DNA of 64,000 nucleotides. Source: Takakia lepidozioides (taxonomy: Eukaryota > Plantae > Bryophyta). The translations under genes and the position numbers were made by a program. Where the stretch lies: positions 56,172,001-56,236,000 of the forward strand of contig CM060733.1 of assembly GCA_030704615.1 (NCBI GenBank). The letters run 5' to 3'. This document shows positions 13,513-26,900 of the stretch, one piece after another; the stretch's first letter is position 1, and each line of letters begins with the position of its first letter. The notes under the pieces were generated by a model. It did no database searches. It worked only from the letters and a program-made list of their open reading frames with translations, and had not been told where the DNA came from.

Positions 13513-16500
13513 ATGGCGATGCTGCTGCCCTGTCCACGCGCGGAGCTGCCATCGCTGTCGCATCTGGCCCCAGCGTCTCTGCTTCGATCGCTCCAGAAAC
13601 TGGGTCCGAAGCAAGCCTACTGGCCATGGGATGCGGTAGGCTTCTATATGGCCACCTTTTCATGCTGTGGTGGGCATTCTCGGGAAGAATCTTGCAGCTG
13701 GTTGCCACGGAAATTGCGTTTCGTTTAGTCATGTATGAATGTTACTGGAGAGGTTGGGTTTGTTGCATATGTAGTTGTGGAACCGAAGCATGCGCTCTTT
13801 GGGGGGAGTGGTTGTTGGGAATTCCGTGTAGGAGTCTGCCTAGAGAGAAAGTTTCCGAAAAGCCTCGTAAGCTGACTTGTCAACAAAGCCGTCCTTGAGA
13901 GAGACACAATGTGGCGGAGCTGTATCTGGGCTACATTTTTGTGATTTTGTGGTCGACTTGCTGATTCTTCAGGTTTTATGGCTCTCGAAGTATATTGGAG
14001 CTGTTCGGATTTGATTCTAGACCAGAATTCGTTGATTACGTAATAATCTCGACACCTGAGAAGTGCAGGTCAAAGTGGGGCCTCTCTCGGTGTCGCCGAT
14101 GGGACTAGGCACGTGGGCCTGGGGCAATCAGCTGCTATGGGGCTACGAGGAGGAGATGGACGAGGAGCTGCAGAAGGTGTTCAATCTGGCTGTCAGCAAG
14201 GGCATCAACTTCTTTGACACTGCAGACTCATATGGGACGGGCAAGCTCAATGGGCGGAGTGAGTTACTGCTGGGCAAGTTCCTCCGAGAATATACAGGTA
14301 ATCTTGCCAATGGCACCTATCTAACCGCTTGGGCTCTAACTAGGTACCAGCAAGAGTGAATGAATTACTGCATGCATGTGGGAAGTAAAGATGACGCAGG
14401 GTGAACAATTTTGGTGCCTATGTGCTTCCTGTCTGTAACATTTTGTGTCAAGGGTTTCCTTTTCAAGGCTCATTCTTTATAGAGTTCTATCACAAGGAAT
14501 AGTAGTAATTAATGGGGGTCTTGTTCAATGGAATGGCATTCGCAGTTAATATCTTTCCATTATGTTTGTCATTGGAACCTACAATCAACATTTGGGTTTG
14601 CAAAATGCCACAATGAAAGACAGAGGATTGCACATTCTGAATTCCTACTTTTTTTTTATACTGGTGTTCAATTAAGTGCCACAGTTCACAAAAGAAGCAT
14701 ATGCTGGAGATTGAAGTGGTTGATTGTGAATCATTTTTGACAATAGTCGTAGTGACTCGATATGGGTAAAAATTGGAGTAGCTGCAATGGGCAACCTAAA
14801 CTTGCACGAAGTGATGGAACTGAAGTGTTGCATCGGTTTGTCTTAAATCTCTAGTTACAAGAAGATTCCAGTGACTTAATCTGATGCAGTAGACCAGTTA
14901 TGAACTCTAGCCTCTTGGGGGTAACTGATCTTCCTTTGAAGAATTTATCCTACATCCTGTTTCTAGAGCTGGAACATACCATGGAAAGCCTAGGATTTTT
15001 CTACGCAAACAGCCACTGACTTCATGGTGGTATTTAAACAAAGACTGTCAACGAGATCTGCATGAGGGTACTCAGGATAGAAAATGGGTCGCAGAGTTGT
15101 GGTCTTACCAAATATGCTGCAATACTTGCTAAAGTGACAGCAGACAACTGATGGACTGATGCATGGACAGGTCGGGAATCAATAGCGAAGAAGGTGAACA
15201 TAGCCACAAAGTTTGCAGCATATCCATGGCGCCTTACGCCTTCACAGATTGTGAGCGCTTGCAAGTATGTTGGGTCTACATGATGCACCGTGCCGGTAGC
15301 CTGCTTTTCCAACACGCTGGGACCTTTTTATGGAGTGTAACTGATGTGGCCCTCCTCTACACGGGTGAGGGGTAGAGATACCTGAATGAGCGCATATAGT
15401 AATTGCAGATCGAGATTCAAAAGTAAAGATTTGAGGTTCCTGTAAATTTCCATACGTCTTTCAGCTTGCAGTAAACAAGCGGCTTCCATCTAGCCCAAAG
15501 ACTGGGCATGGTGAAGGTTGGTTGGAGAAGCCTGCCTGCTAAATGAACTAACACTGCTACATGTGTTGAGAGACATTGTTCCTCATCTTAGCATATACCC
15601 AGGACATTTAGTGATAGTCGGCACCCATGGTCGCCACTGCCTGAGCCTGAAAGGACTTTTGAAATGATAGGAGGTTGGCTCTTTACCTGTATCTTCATCA
15701 CAGCTGTAATGATGCTTCACGAGATGGGACAAGCTTCACACTTTTCATGTCATCTTTTGTGACACAAATTGTGTATCTTCTGCTTTGAAATCCATAATTC
15801 CAAATTCTTAATTTCTGTGGATCTGTGTGATTGTCATGGGGTGATTGTATGCATTAGAAATCTGGATGATGGGTCTAATTAAACTTGCGATAGCTTGAGT
15901 GTGGTGTTTCTGTTCTTAGAACTTTAGTTATAGTGTAACTGGCCCTAAAGTAATTTTGGGTTTTGGACTGCAGGGGCTCATTGAGAAGATTAGAGATGGA
16001 GCAACTGGCACTCGGGCAACTTCATTGGAGCACTGCAAACTATGCCCCATTTCAGGAGCAGGCTTTATGGGATGGCTTAGTAGCTGTTTATGAGCAGGTG
16101 CTTCAGCTTCTAACATAGTGCACATGAAATCAAGAAAGAAAGAAGCGTATACTGTCCAGAGAGAAAGGGATCCGGAATTTAGCAAAATGCGTGAGAATGA
16201 TGCAATTTTGAAAGCAAGCCACCTTCTGCTCTTGTTCCATTTGCTAAATTAGTGGGGGCTTCTTTTCCCTGTGATGATCTGTCACTCCTTCACTTTGTTC
16301 TCTGCAATTTTGATTTTACAGAGTGCTTTTGCATAGTGTTTTAGTGGACTGCTTTCTCTGGAACTCGTTCAACTGTTTTTTAGGGTATGGATTGAGAAGA
16401 TATGGATCCAGTGCCTTCTGTTTACTGATCAAGACAGCTGTAACGTGTCTGGGCATGAGCAGGGGTTAGTTAGAGCAGTTGGAGTAAGCAACTATGGGCC

Positions 16501-18108
16501 CAAACAGCTACTTCGAGTCCACAAGTATTTGCAATGCAAAGGAGTCCCTCTTAGTTCTGTCCAGGTAAAAATATATTTACAACCAAAATTATTCATCTCA
16601 TCCGTGTGGCATTGAAAGCCTAATTGATGTAGTGACAAAGTGGGCCAACTTTTTGGGAGGCATGAGTGATTTGTTGCCCACAGGCATCACTTCTAAATGT
16701 GCTTTAGGAGCAAAGTATTAGCATGGAGGAGGAAACAATTGAACTTTTGCGAAGGGAGTGCTACATTCAGTTACAATATTTCCACTCCAGCTTCATGATA
16801 TGTGTCATGTATGAGCAGCTGTCTCTGGGCAGCTGGCCTTAGGCGCCTGTTGATTTATAGATAGTGGACCATACATGAGTCTGCAGAATATGCTTCGGGC
16901 TAACAAGTTCTGTGGAGTATAGGTGCAATTCTCATTACTGAGCAAGGGCACCGAACAAATGGAGGTAAAGGCTGTATGTGATGACCTGGGTGTCAAGTTG
17001 ATCGCATATAGTCCCTTGGGACTTGGTATGCTGACAGGAAAATATACTCCTTCCAATGTCCCTCAAGGGCCTCGGTGAGCACCTCCTTAATTCCTGTGCA
17101 TGTGGCTTCTGACATTTTCGCTGCGTTTTCAACCCTGATGTTCACAAATTTGTGGCGTAGTGACAGACATTTATTATTGGCTTTGTGTGCATGGTCTGAT
17201 ACGAGGACTAGAAGTGATCTTGGATTGCATGTGCATTTGCGCTCCTGGTGAAAGCCCTAGCACCGGGTGGTCCCCATGTTTTCATGATATAATCAGGTCA
17301 AATTGGGAGAGGTAAAGAGCGCATGGGCGACCTGCTTTCATGTTATGGCAGATGCCCCAGCCTTTGCAGAGGCTAAGGAAGTTTTTCTGCATGTGGGAAC
17401 TCTCCTCAGATGGTTGCTTGGAAAGGTTGCTAACTTGAGGCAATGTTGTGCATGCATGCAGTGGATTGTTATTCAAGCAGTTGTTGCCAGGCTTAGACCC
17501 CCTGCTAGACACTATGCGTAATATTGCACAGAAAAGGGGCAAAACTCTCTCACAGGTACGGTAGCTGACCCACAATACTGTTCTCCTTTGCAACCATCAG
17601 TGAATTTGCTGCTGTAGCTGCAGGATCAGCCACTCGGTTAGTGCCCAGTCAATGTTCCCCAGCCTTTCTTGATTCCCAGGGAGTCATTTTGCCAGGCATG
17701 TTTTCAGATTTTCTCTCATTCCATGGCCAAAAGGGCTGACTGCTGTGTATTGGAAACTGAATTTTAATGAAGAGTGTAGCCCTATAAAAAGCAATGTGGA
17801 CCTCTTCACAGGGTTAAGAGTGTATATGAAGAAGTCCCCTGATTAGTCTCCCATCTCATTCTAGCTTCCACAAGACAGTTGACGTTGGGCTGAATGCTGT
17901 GAGTGGTGCTTGTTATGAAAAGGTGGCTATAAACTGGTGTATATGCAAGGGAGCTATTCCGATCCCAGGCGTGAAAAACCTTCGCCAGGCAGAGGAGAAT
18001 CTGGGGGCACTGGGCTGGCGACTCAATGGGGAGGAAGTTGCCAGTTTAGAATATGCAGCTGAAAGAGTGCCACGAGCCATGATACAGAACATCTTCCAAA
18101 CTGCCTGA
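13513..18108 (+). CDS. PLR1: Pyridoxal reductase, chloroplastic (aldo-keto reductase)
   Basis: Eight in-frame exons: 13513-13635, 14069-14297, 15171-15264, 15974-16097, 16463-16564, 16923-17074, 17462-17555, 17923-18108. Motifs [69 protein letters not shown] and MIQNIFQT match plant PLR1. Confidence 0.93.
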
Positions 18109-19742
18109 TTTCTATCCAGGGGACAGCCGTCACCTTCCACAGTGGCGATATTGATGTTGCTTTAGCTTAGATCTGATCATGCCAGAACAGTGTGAATTTT
18201 TTTTTTTCTCATACCAAAAAGGACAGAGGCCTTTTTTAACATATTGAAGAGGAGGGACAAAGGAGAAACAACCTAAACAACAACAGTCCGAAGTAATGAC
18301 TGACCTCAAGCCAGCAAAGCGATAAGAAATTATGTGACAAATTTACTACAGAGCCCTTGGGGCTTGAGTGACTGTTTGTAATAATCCTCCACAACTTGAC
18401 TAGCGAGGAGTTGAATCAAAGAGAGCTCAATCAACGCGACAGAGGTGACAGAGGTGGTTTGATCTGGAAACAAAAATTTGGTGCATTGTTGTGGAATGGT
18501 GATTGTTGATTTCTGTGAATGCCAAGGTGGGCAGCATCCCGAAGGATGCTTCACATGAATGTAGATATGTATAACTCACGACAATCTTTGACCTAATCTG
18601 CTACTTGTAATATACAGATTGGCTTTGTAACGATCCGAGTGCAACTGCCCATCGTCCATCAACGTATCGATCCTCGATCCACAAAGGGCAACGTGTGATC
18701 ACTCGTGTTGTTAGTTTGGAGGCATCTGGCAACAACCCTTTTGTAGCGCATGGCGGCAGATTTGAACTTCATCCGAAGGAGGGTTAGGTTTGTCTATGAG
18801 AGAGAGAGAGACGAAGTTGACACACACAGAAAGTGGTCATGGGACAGCAGGCCAGCAAAGATTTGGAGGTATCTGGCAGTGGCGTTGTAAGCTCTACGGT
18901 AAATACCGTGAAAGGCGCTCATGGGGTTGCCAAAAATGCTGCAGGTTGGTTTTAAATCTGTTTCCTCTTATATCGAGGTCTTCTTGGGTGTAAAAGGGTC
19001 TTGGTTTTTTTGGATACAAGTCTGGTGAGATGTGAACTTGACGTATTGATATGAATCGCTCAGTTGCTAAGGAAGGGCACGGGGGCACTTGGTCAGCTGC
19101 AGCAGTGATGTTGAAATCAGGGAAGAAATTTGGGTGCAAAATTCGTAGGCTTGGTGGATTTCTGACGAGAGAGATGGAAAGGGTTGTTCCGAATCTTGTA
19201 AGACATCACAAGTGCATGAAGATCAGTCTAGTTATGAACTCGTCTGGAGGAATTATTATCATTGCATTAGTCCTCTAAACCGATGGAAAGAGCGCGTCCA
19301 AATTCTTGAAATCTTTGGAAGTCGGAAAAGCTTTCGACGTCTACTGGCAATAGGAATCGAGAATAGTGGTCACAGAAGAATAAATGACGCCAGGGATGGG
19401 CAGAAAGCAACGGTGTGGTGACGACCAGATGCTCGTGACTCCAATATTGTGTGTCTGCATTCGTTCTTGTGATGTTCGGGTCTGAGCCACATGGAGATCT
19501 ATCCAAATACAACAAGTCCTATTAAAACAGCCCATTTTTTGTAGTCTGTTCATTCATTGGGTTTGCACTTCCAGTCCTGATTTCTACTAATGAGCCTGGA
19601 AAAGCGGCCAGGCGCTCAGCCATTCCCTGTTTCAGGGTGGCATAGGTATTTCCACTTTCTTTGAAATCTCAACAACCACGTGTAGTTTCTACTTTATTCT
19701 TACTGTTGATCAAGTAGGGAATGATATGAACTGCATGTGCAG

Positions 19743-20002
19743 GAACTGTTACAGAGGTAGTGGGAGCAGTAGGAGCTGAGGACCGAGAGGCCATCCGCTT
19801 GGAGAAGGATGAAAACTGGGGGAGGGTGGAAGAGGGTGATACACTGTGGACTTTAAGTGAGAAGCATCTTGGAGATGCAACCAGATGGCCACAATTGCAC
19901 TCAGCCTGCAGAAAGGAGCTTGGCTCAGACCCACTTTTGCTTTTGCCTGGTAGCCGTGTCACAGAGGCCTGCATTGCCCATGCCAAGGGGGGTCGTAGTT
20001 AG
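19743..20002 (+). CDS. LysM-domain-encoding terminal exon (bacterial-type LysM); upstream exons unresolved
   Basis: VEEGDTLWTLSEKHLGDATRWPQLH...LGSDPLLLLPGSRV fits the V..GDTLW.I....LG...RW..I......DP.LI.PG..L LysM pattern. AG acceptor at 19741-19742, stop at 20000-20002. Confidence 0.7.
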
Positions 20003-20846
20003 ATTCAAGAAGCACATTTATGGCATCAATTTTGTGTTCCACTTCTGGAAACGACACATGATGGGCTGGTAACACTATGAACTGGCCTGCTATACTTTGG
20101 ATGTGCACTGCAGCTGTGCCCTCAAGGGCGATAATGGATTATGACTGTTCCAGCAAAGCAGTCGTATGGCTGTGTAGTTTATCGAGGTATGTTTTGCTAA
20201 GTTCCACTTTTCTCCCCAGGCCACTGCGGCAAGCCCTCAGGCACTCCACCTGCCATGACAACCTATCCCCAAACTTTGAGGGGCTCTCCACTTCCAGAGA
20301 AAGAGAAGCCTAACTGTTATGGCTTTATTGAGCCAGTTTTACTGCAATACCCCACCATATTGAAGTCATATGCAATGTGGAGTCTAAATTTCACCACTGC
20401 AGCCAAGGTTTGTATTCTAGTGATCAAGAAATGGCTGCTTATCTCTCACATGTCTTCCATACCTTAGTAGCTACTGGTGAGTTTGCTCAACTTGTCATGT
20501 GATTTTTATTTATTACGCTTTCAGATGCCCTTTCAGGAGGTATTGCCCACTTTATTAGTGAGAGATAAAGACAACTCTGAACGCACTGACAGTCTTCATC
20601 CTGGGCTGAGGACATCCCATATCGCACATCTCATGACCAGTGGACAAGATTTAATCACAGGTTGTAAGGGAACACTGCCCTTCAACAAGAGCCATACAAT
20701 GTTGCCACCAAATAGGTAACAGAGACGAAAGTTGAAGTGGCTAAAGGTATGATCTCATAGATGCCCCATAGATTGCAACAATTATCCTCAAATTTAAGGT
20801 AAACAAAAAGCTCAAATTCTACATGCTGTGCTGCTTTGAATGGCTA

Positions 20847-23253
20847 CTAACATGTAAATGTCAACCCATGCACAATTCTTCCACCCCCTCTGAACTGATC
20901 AAAATTGTGCCCTGGTCCACGCCCTGCATCCTTTGCTAACAAATCTATCGCAATTTTTCCATGCCCATTTTGTCTACTGGAAGAGTGTATGTAAACCACA
21001 CTGGCAGTTGATCCTGGGTCCAGAAACTGTTGCAAGGGAGTTTCCATGATCATCTCGTGTTGGCCATTTGTTGCTAGTCCCAGACAAATTCCAACATGAG
21101 TGGCCTTGCTTTTGCCAAAAAAGAGCTGCATATGGTCAAAGGAGTAGGTGCTCAGCAAAGTGATCCAATTGGGGTCTACTAGATTCTCTCTGAAGAGCAC
21201 CATTCACGTCTGTAGAACTCTACCAGCATGTTGCTCCAACCCTCATCCCAAATTGTTGATGAAATGATTTGGAGCTTCAAGGGCCTCCAGGATTAGATTG
21301 AACACACCCCATATACCAGGCCACTGTCCTCTGACCTACTGAACACAATACACCTTGCAGACACATTAAATGTTAATCCACTCAGATGTGGATGTGGGGA
21401 CACTCGGGCACGACTTTTCTACTCTGCCTGGAATATGAGGTAAGAAGTTACTGACTGATAACATTTGTTATGAACAAGTTACCATGTCCCCGGTCCTCAA
21501 ATCAGCAATTGGAATGCTCTTGGCGAATGCCTCCTGCATTAAACCATACATTATGAACTTGCCAGATTGCACACTTACAGAAATTCTGTGACAGCCTTCA
21601 ATGAGTATGGAACTTAACTCCCATTTGATATGCCTATGTTGGTAGAGATAGGACTATCAAGGAAGGCAAGCACAAATCAACGAGAGTGTATATTTGTGTC
21701 TCCCCACTTTTCCAAGCCGCCTCTTCTGTTCCCATAACCAGCATTATATGGGCCAAAGAGCCTCACATACCTGTTGGTATGCATCACGAGGAACCCAAAT
21801 TCCGGTTGATGCAAACGCCCTCTGAACTATCTCGCAAAAAACAAACATGTGACAGGTGGAGGATTGTAAGTAAAACATCTCAGAATCACACCTTCAAATT
21901 TAATCAAAGAAATGAAAATGATTCTTACTCTGGTGAACTTCATTGAATGGGAAAAGATTATGGGACAAGACCTGTAAGACTGTTACAAAAATCCTCTCTA
22001 GTGAAACAGCATTATGAATCTCAATCACTTCTCCCTGACTAACTCTGCTTCACTCCCTCTCCTCATTCTCCCTCCCTTTGGCCACACCTACAATGGACAG
22101 CAATAAGCAACAGGCAGATGAGAAGCACACCAAGTCCACTGCAATCAAAATCAGGTCCAGCAGTGCCACCCCAAAGATAACGATTCTGGACCTTCGAGGC
22201 CGCTACCGCAAACTCTACCACCATTGGAATCTTGCTTGCAATCTCGCTATGTGTTAGAGCTTTTGGCTGGTATTGCTGGTCTTCCTCAACAGCCTCAAGT
22301 CCATTTGTGGCGATCTGAAGAACATTTCTTCTTTCACTGCCCTGTCTACTATGAGATCCGTGGAGATTCTTAGACAATCCCTTCAGCAAAAGTTGCTTGT
22401 GGGCTGCTTGTAGCCCCGCTCTCTTTCTTGTTTCTTACTTCCTCTTGCCATAAGCTCTTTGAGCTTTCCACGGACGTTACAAAGTACCATGTGATTTCAT
22501 ATTATTTCTCTCGTTATGGTGGCTGGTTGTTCAGAGCCCCAGTTGTCTTTGTTTTTTCAGTTCTGCTCCCATAAGCTCTTTGAGTTGTCCCTTGAAGTTT
22601 TTTTCTTTCCCAAATGCAGTTGTTCCTTTTGGGCTGCTTCTGGCTCTTTGTCTTTCTTTCCTGTTTCTTGCGTTCAATTTGTCCCAGAAGCTCTTTGAGC
22701 ATTCTGCGGACGTTATAAAGTTCCATTTCGTTTCATTTCGATTCTCTATGCTTCTGACTAGATGGCTCAAATCTTCCAGACACAAAAACATGACTCATCT
22801 CTAACAGCGGAAGAGACAACAGAGAGAACCTGGAGCGAGGCGGGAAGTGATCCTCGGACGAAACAACAGGTAGCAGGACATGACGGCCTTCCCAAGCCTC
22901 AGTTACCCGATCACGGCATGTGCCGTCCTCATAAAGAGGCAGGCACTGGGTCACCACCCTGTACTCCTTCAATGTCCTCAGATCCATGTGCAGATACCCT
23001 ATCCTTTACAGATAAATTTAGTCACCTCACCTCCAGATTTATATAAACAAGTGGATAACATACGAACCCCATGCGAAAAACTAACTTGCTAAGCAGATTA
23101 TCCCGCAATGAAGACAGAAGCTGAGGAAATGCATGGCCTCACGCAACCCACACCTTGGCACACACCCTGTCAAGGCCGGAATATAGTGGCGTCGAGGAGA
23201 GAGAGAGAGAGAGAAAGAACTGGCGCAACAAATTGACATTTCTACTTACCCAT
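20847..23253 (-). CDS. Cyanobacterial-type SH3b-NlpC/P60 peptidoglycan endopeptidase; N-terminal domain apparently disrupted (possible pseudogene)
   Basis: EYRVV..LPLYEDGTCRDRVTEAWEGRHV (about 22880-22970). Exons about 22316-22131 (YLWGGTAGPDFDCSGL), 21826-21771 (VQRAFASTGIWVPRDAYQQ), 21533-21483 (EAFAKSIPIADLRTGDM) and 21125-20847 (LFFG...ATHVG...YIHSS...GGGR) are in phase, with a Cys-His-His triad. Start ATG at 23253 is tentative. Confidence 0.85.
22400..22765. repeat. Three degenerate tandem units of about 118 bp inside the NlpC/P60 gene
   Basis: AAGCTCTTTGAG core at 22452, 22573 and 22688; GGACGTTA(C/T)AAAGT(A/T)CCAT follows the first and third copies. Confidence 0.7.
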
Positions 23254-23743
23254 GCCATCGTTTCCAGCTCACCCAAAAGACAACTTGCGAACCCATTTAC
23301 ATAATCTTGTGCTTTTCCTCATTTACACACTTTTGAAACCAAGGCATATTTGTGACACAATCATCAAAATATGCACTGCTCGACACCACCACATGCAATT
23401 GGGAAAGCGCCTGAGGAAGATCAGGCAAAAGCTCAAACTGCAATTGTTCCTAATCTTCATCACCATGATTTGCAATGAAACCATCTGTTTGGAGCACAAA
23501 TCAGCTCCATATCTGAGCATATGCTCACAAAGAATTGTGGAATAGAAGGATAAAAGATGGGCTCTGAAGGTTGAGCAGTTAGGATGCCATAACTACACAC
23601 AACAACACAGACAAGCAGATGCTCGCCCAAATCACAGGTCTTCTTAAGGAGACTTTGATATACAACCAAGGGAGAGTATCAGAACCCTCGATGGGGCTTC
23701 ATCCCCTCGCCGAAAAAAAAATCCCTCTAATGTGCATCATGGG

Positions 23744-23770
23744 TATATATTATATATATATATATATATA
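23744..23770. repeat. (TA)n microsatellite
   Basis: TATATATTATATATATATATATATATA directly at the left edge of the large element. Confidence 0.9.
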
Positions 23771-23988
23771 CACCTAAAGGCCAACCACAGCTAGTGTAAA
23801 TAAGAGCCTCTTCCCCTTGCGGGTACTGCCGGAACGGGTATACAAGTATACACTCTGCCCCCCCTCCGCACAACTGCTTGTTACTATGACAGTCTTACTG
23901 AGATTTGCGGCCGGCCGAGTTGGAGACACTCCCTCCGACCTCCGCCCTGCAGAATGCCCGGTGACAAGGCTGGGAGTCTCACATTTCC

Positions 23989-26900
23989 ATGTAAAATCGT
24001 TAGAATACTTTTTAAAATGATTTTGGTTATGTGGTGAACATATTTCAATTTACATAACACGGTGTCATATATGGATTTGATTTTAATGCTAACAGGTGAT
24101 GATGAGTACTCATTTCCAAACTTTTTGCTTCTTCACCATTCTTTGTATATATACTCTAAAAATAGAGATCTATTATTAGATTACAAATACACATCGACGA
24201 ACTCCATGATAGAATATAAATGTTTGTAAGAACATGAAGACTGATCTTGCCAAGCAAGCGTAACTTATCGAGGCCATTTCATCCCCGGAGGAACACCATG
24301 TTGAACTTTGAATCCATCACATTTTCTTGGATATTGTTCGCTGAAGTCGTCACTAGGATCAGTGCGGAGCAACGGAAAGCCCGGCTAGCACATCTTGTAG
24401 TACAATGTTTGTAAGAAGAAAATGTCATTGCCTTGGTGGTATGATACATTACTTCACGACATGTGGGTTTGTGTACAAACCTCTCACCATATCACCAAGA
24501 CAGTGATATTTTCTTCTCATAATTGTTGTACCATACACCCAAGATAAAGAAAAATGTCATATAGCACACATTGGCGGAGTCACGGACGAGGATGGAATAT
24601 AAAGTGATGGCTGAATAAGCATAGATAAATGAAAAACATATGTTTGTCTTGGATGAAAGAAATGACGTGTATTGCAGAGCTCTTGAAAAATAGTTCCCTC
24701 AAAAACAAAAACAAAAACAAACATGCAACTTCATGAACAGTCACTTAGGCTACCTTTCTCGTGCTCGGAACTACTCGCGTTGGAGGTGCCCAGTCATATC
24801 TTGGTCAAATTCTTGTTTTCTCTTGTTCGACAAGCTCTTTGAGCTCTCGGCTGCAATCGCAGCGTATTGTGCGAGAACACGACGTCACATATTGGATTCT
24901 TTGATGGTTGTCTCTGAGCCTTAGAACTTTGAGGCATGTTTAGAGGCCACCTCTCATCTTCTTATATTCTTGGGATGTTCGCAGGTAGTTTTTTTGAAAG
25001 GGCGTTCTAGGATAGTGGATAAAATTAGACACCTCCACCATAACCACCGACTCATAAAAGACCACCATAGGGAGTCCACAAACCAAGCACATTTCCATTC
25101 ATCGCTAGAGAAATTCAAAGCAAAGCAACATACCGCTTTATTGTGAAAATGACCACCAAATTGAACTTTGAATCCTCATCCTACACCAAGATAAAGAAAC
25201 TTTCATATTGTGTACACATCAAAGTCACGGAGGAGGATAAAAAAGATGTAGATGCCCGCCCATTAACAAACACCCAGTTCCATCCAGTAATCAGATTGTA
25301 CTCTTTATGTGACCGTTTGAAGCCCCAAGCATGAAAAATTGGACCGGGTCTCATTTACGAGGGTGGGCTGCCACCCAAAACTAGCTTTGTGTACAACGTT
25401 ATATACAACTTTGTATTTGCTAGCGTTGCTTAGCAAATACACATCGACGAACTCTATAATGATAGATAGACTAAAAAAAGACCACCATAGGAAGTCCACA
25501 AACCATGCAAATATCACTGGAGGAATTCAGAGCTCAGAGCAACATACAGCTTTATTGTTCACGAAGGTCTTCTTAGGTGCTTCTTGTGTAGTGGTGTGTC
25601 TTAAACATATGTACATCTTTTTTCTCCTACCTGCTTCTTGCATACATGTTGGATACTTAGTTGACATGAATATATGAAGAGGTACATCTAGGAAGATTGT
25701 CAGGAAATTGACATCTACGCTTTGAAAAACCGTTTAGTCGATTTGTTATGGAGGCTTCTGTAAGGTGCCGATGTAGGGTGCATCCCATTTTGGTTACCGT
25801 CGAACCATTTCAAAGTAACTCAAGTTCTTGATCTGTTTTGATTTTATATTCCCTGCCCAACGTCTCTTTTTCCGTCCCTGAATCATCACTACCTGCCCCA
25901 TGCATAATATCTTTTGCAAGCTGTACGACGAGCAGTTTGGAGCAATGCTGGAATCATCTTTATGCTTTTACTATGATGTAGATGCATCCACCCCACTGAT
26001 TAACACTCAGTTACACGTAATCAGATTGCCGTCATGACCGTTTGAAGCTCCGAGCACGAAAAGTTGGGCTGAGGCTCATTAACCAAGGCGCTCGCTGAAG
26101 TCGTCACGACTAGGAGTGCGGAGCCAGACGAAGCAATAGTATATTCAGTGGTACAATAATTGTGACAAGGAACTGCCATTGCCTTGGTGACCTATGATAC
26201 GTGACTACTCCACGGCCTGTGGGTTTCGGAATTCAAACCGCGTACCATATCACCCAGGCGGTGATGGTTTCTTGATATAATTTTTGTACCACGTACCTAC
26301 ACCAAGATAAAGAAACTTTCATATTGTGTACACATCAAAGTCACAGAGGATGATGGAATAGATATAGATGCCCGCCCATTAATAAACACCCAGTTGCATC
26401 CAGTAATCAGATTGTACTCTTCATGTGACATTTAAAGGCCCTGAGCATAAAAAAATTGGACCGGGTTTCATTTATCAGGGTGGGGTGGCACCCAACACTA
26501 GCTTTGTAAAAGGGCCAATATCTCACAGGCTCTACTACTACAACTTTATTTATCCACGTACCGATTATATCAAATAGGATAGTTCGTGGAACACGTTTAA
26601 GTATTTAGTAAAGGGAAAAGAAGATAAACTACGTGTGATTTGACATGAATCTAATTATTTTAAATGCTCCTGAAGGCATATTCGATGTAAAATCGTTAGA
26701 ATACTTTTAAAAATGATTTTGGTTCTGTGGTGAACACGTTTCAATTTACATAACACGGTGTTCTATATGGATTTGATTTAATGCTAACCAAACTTTTTGC
26801 TTCTTCTCTATTCTTTGTATATATACTCTAAAATAGAGATCTATTATTAGATTACAAATACACATCGACGAACTCTATGATAGAATATAGATGTTTGTAA

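Noticed and set aside
19743-23253. Bacterial contamination explaining LysM and NlpC/P60
   Set aside because: The NlpC/P60 gene has several in-phase GT-AG introns and lies among plant genes.
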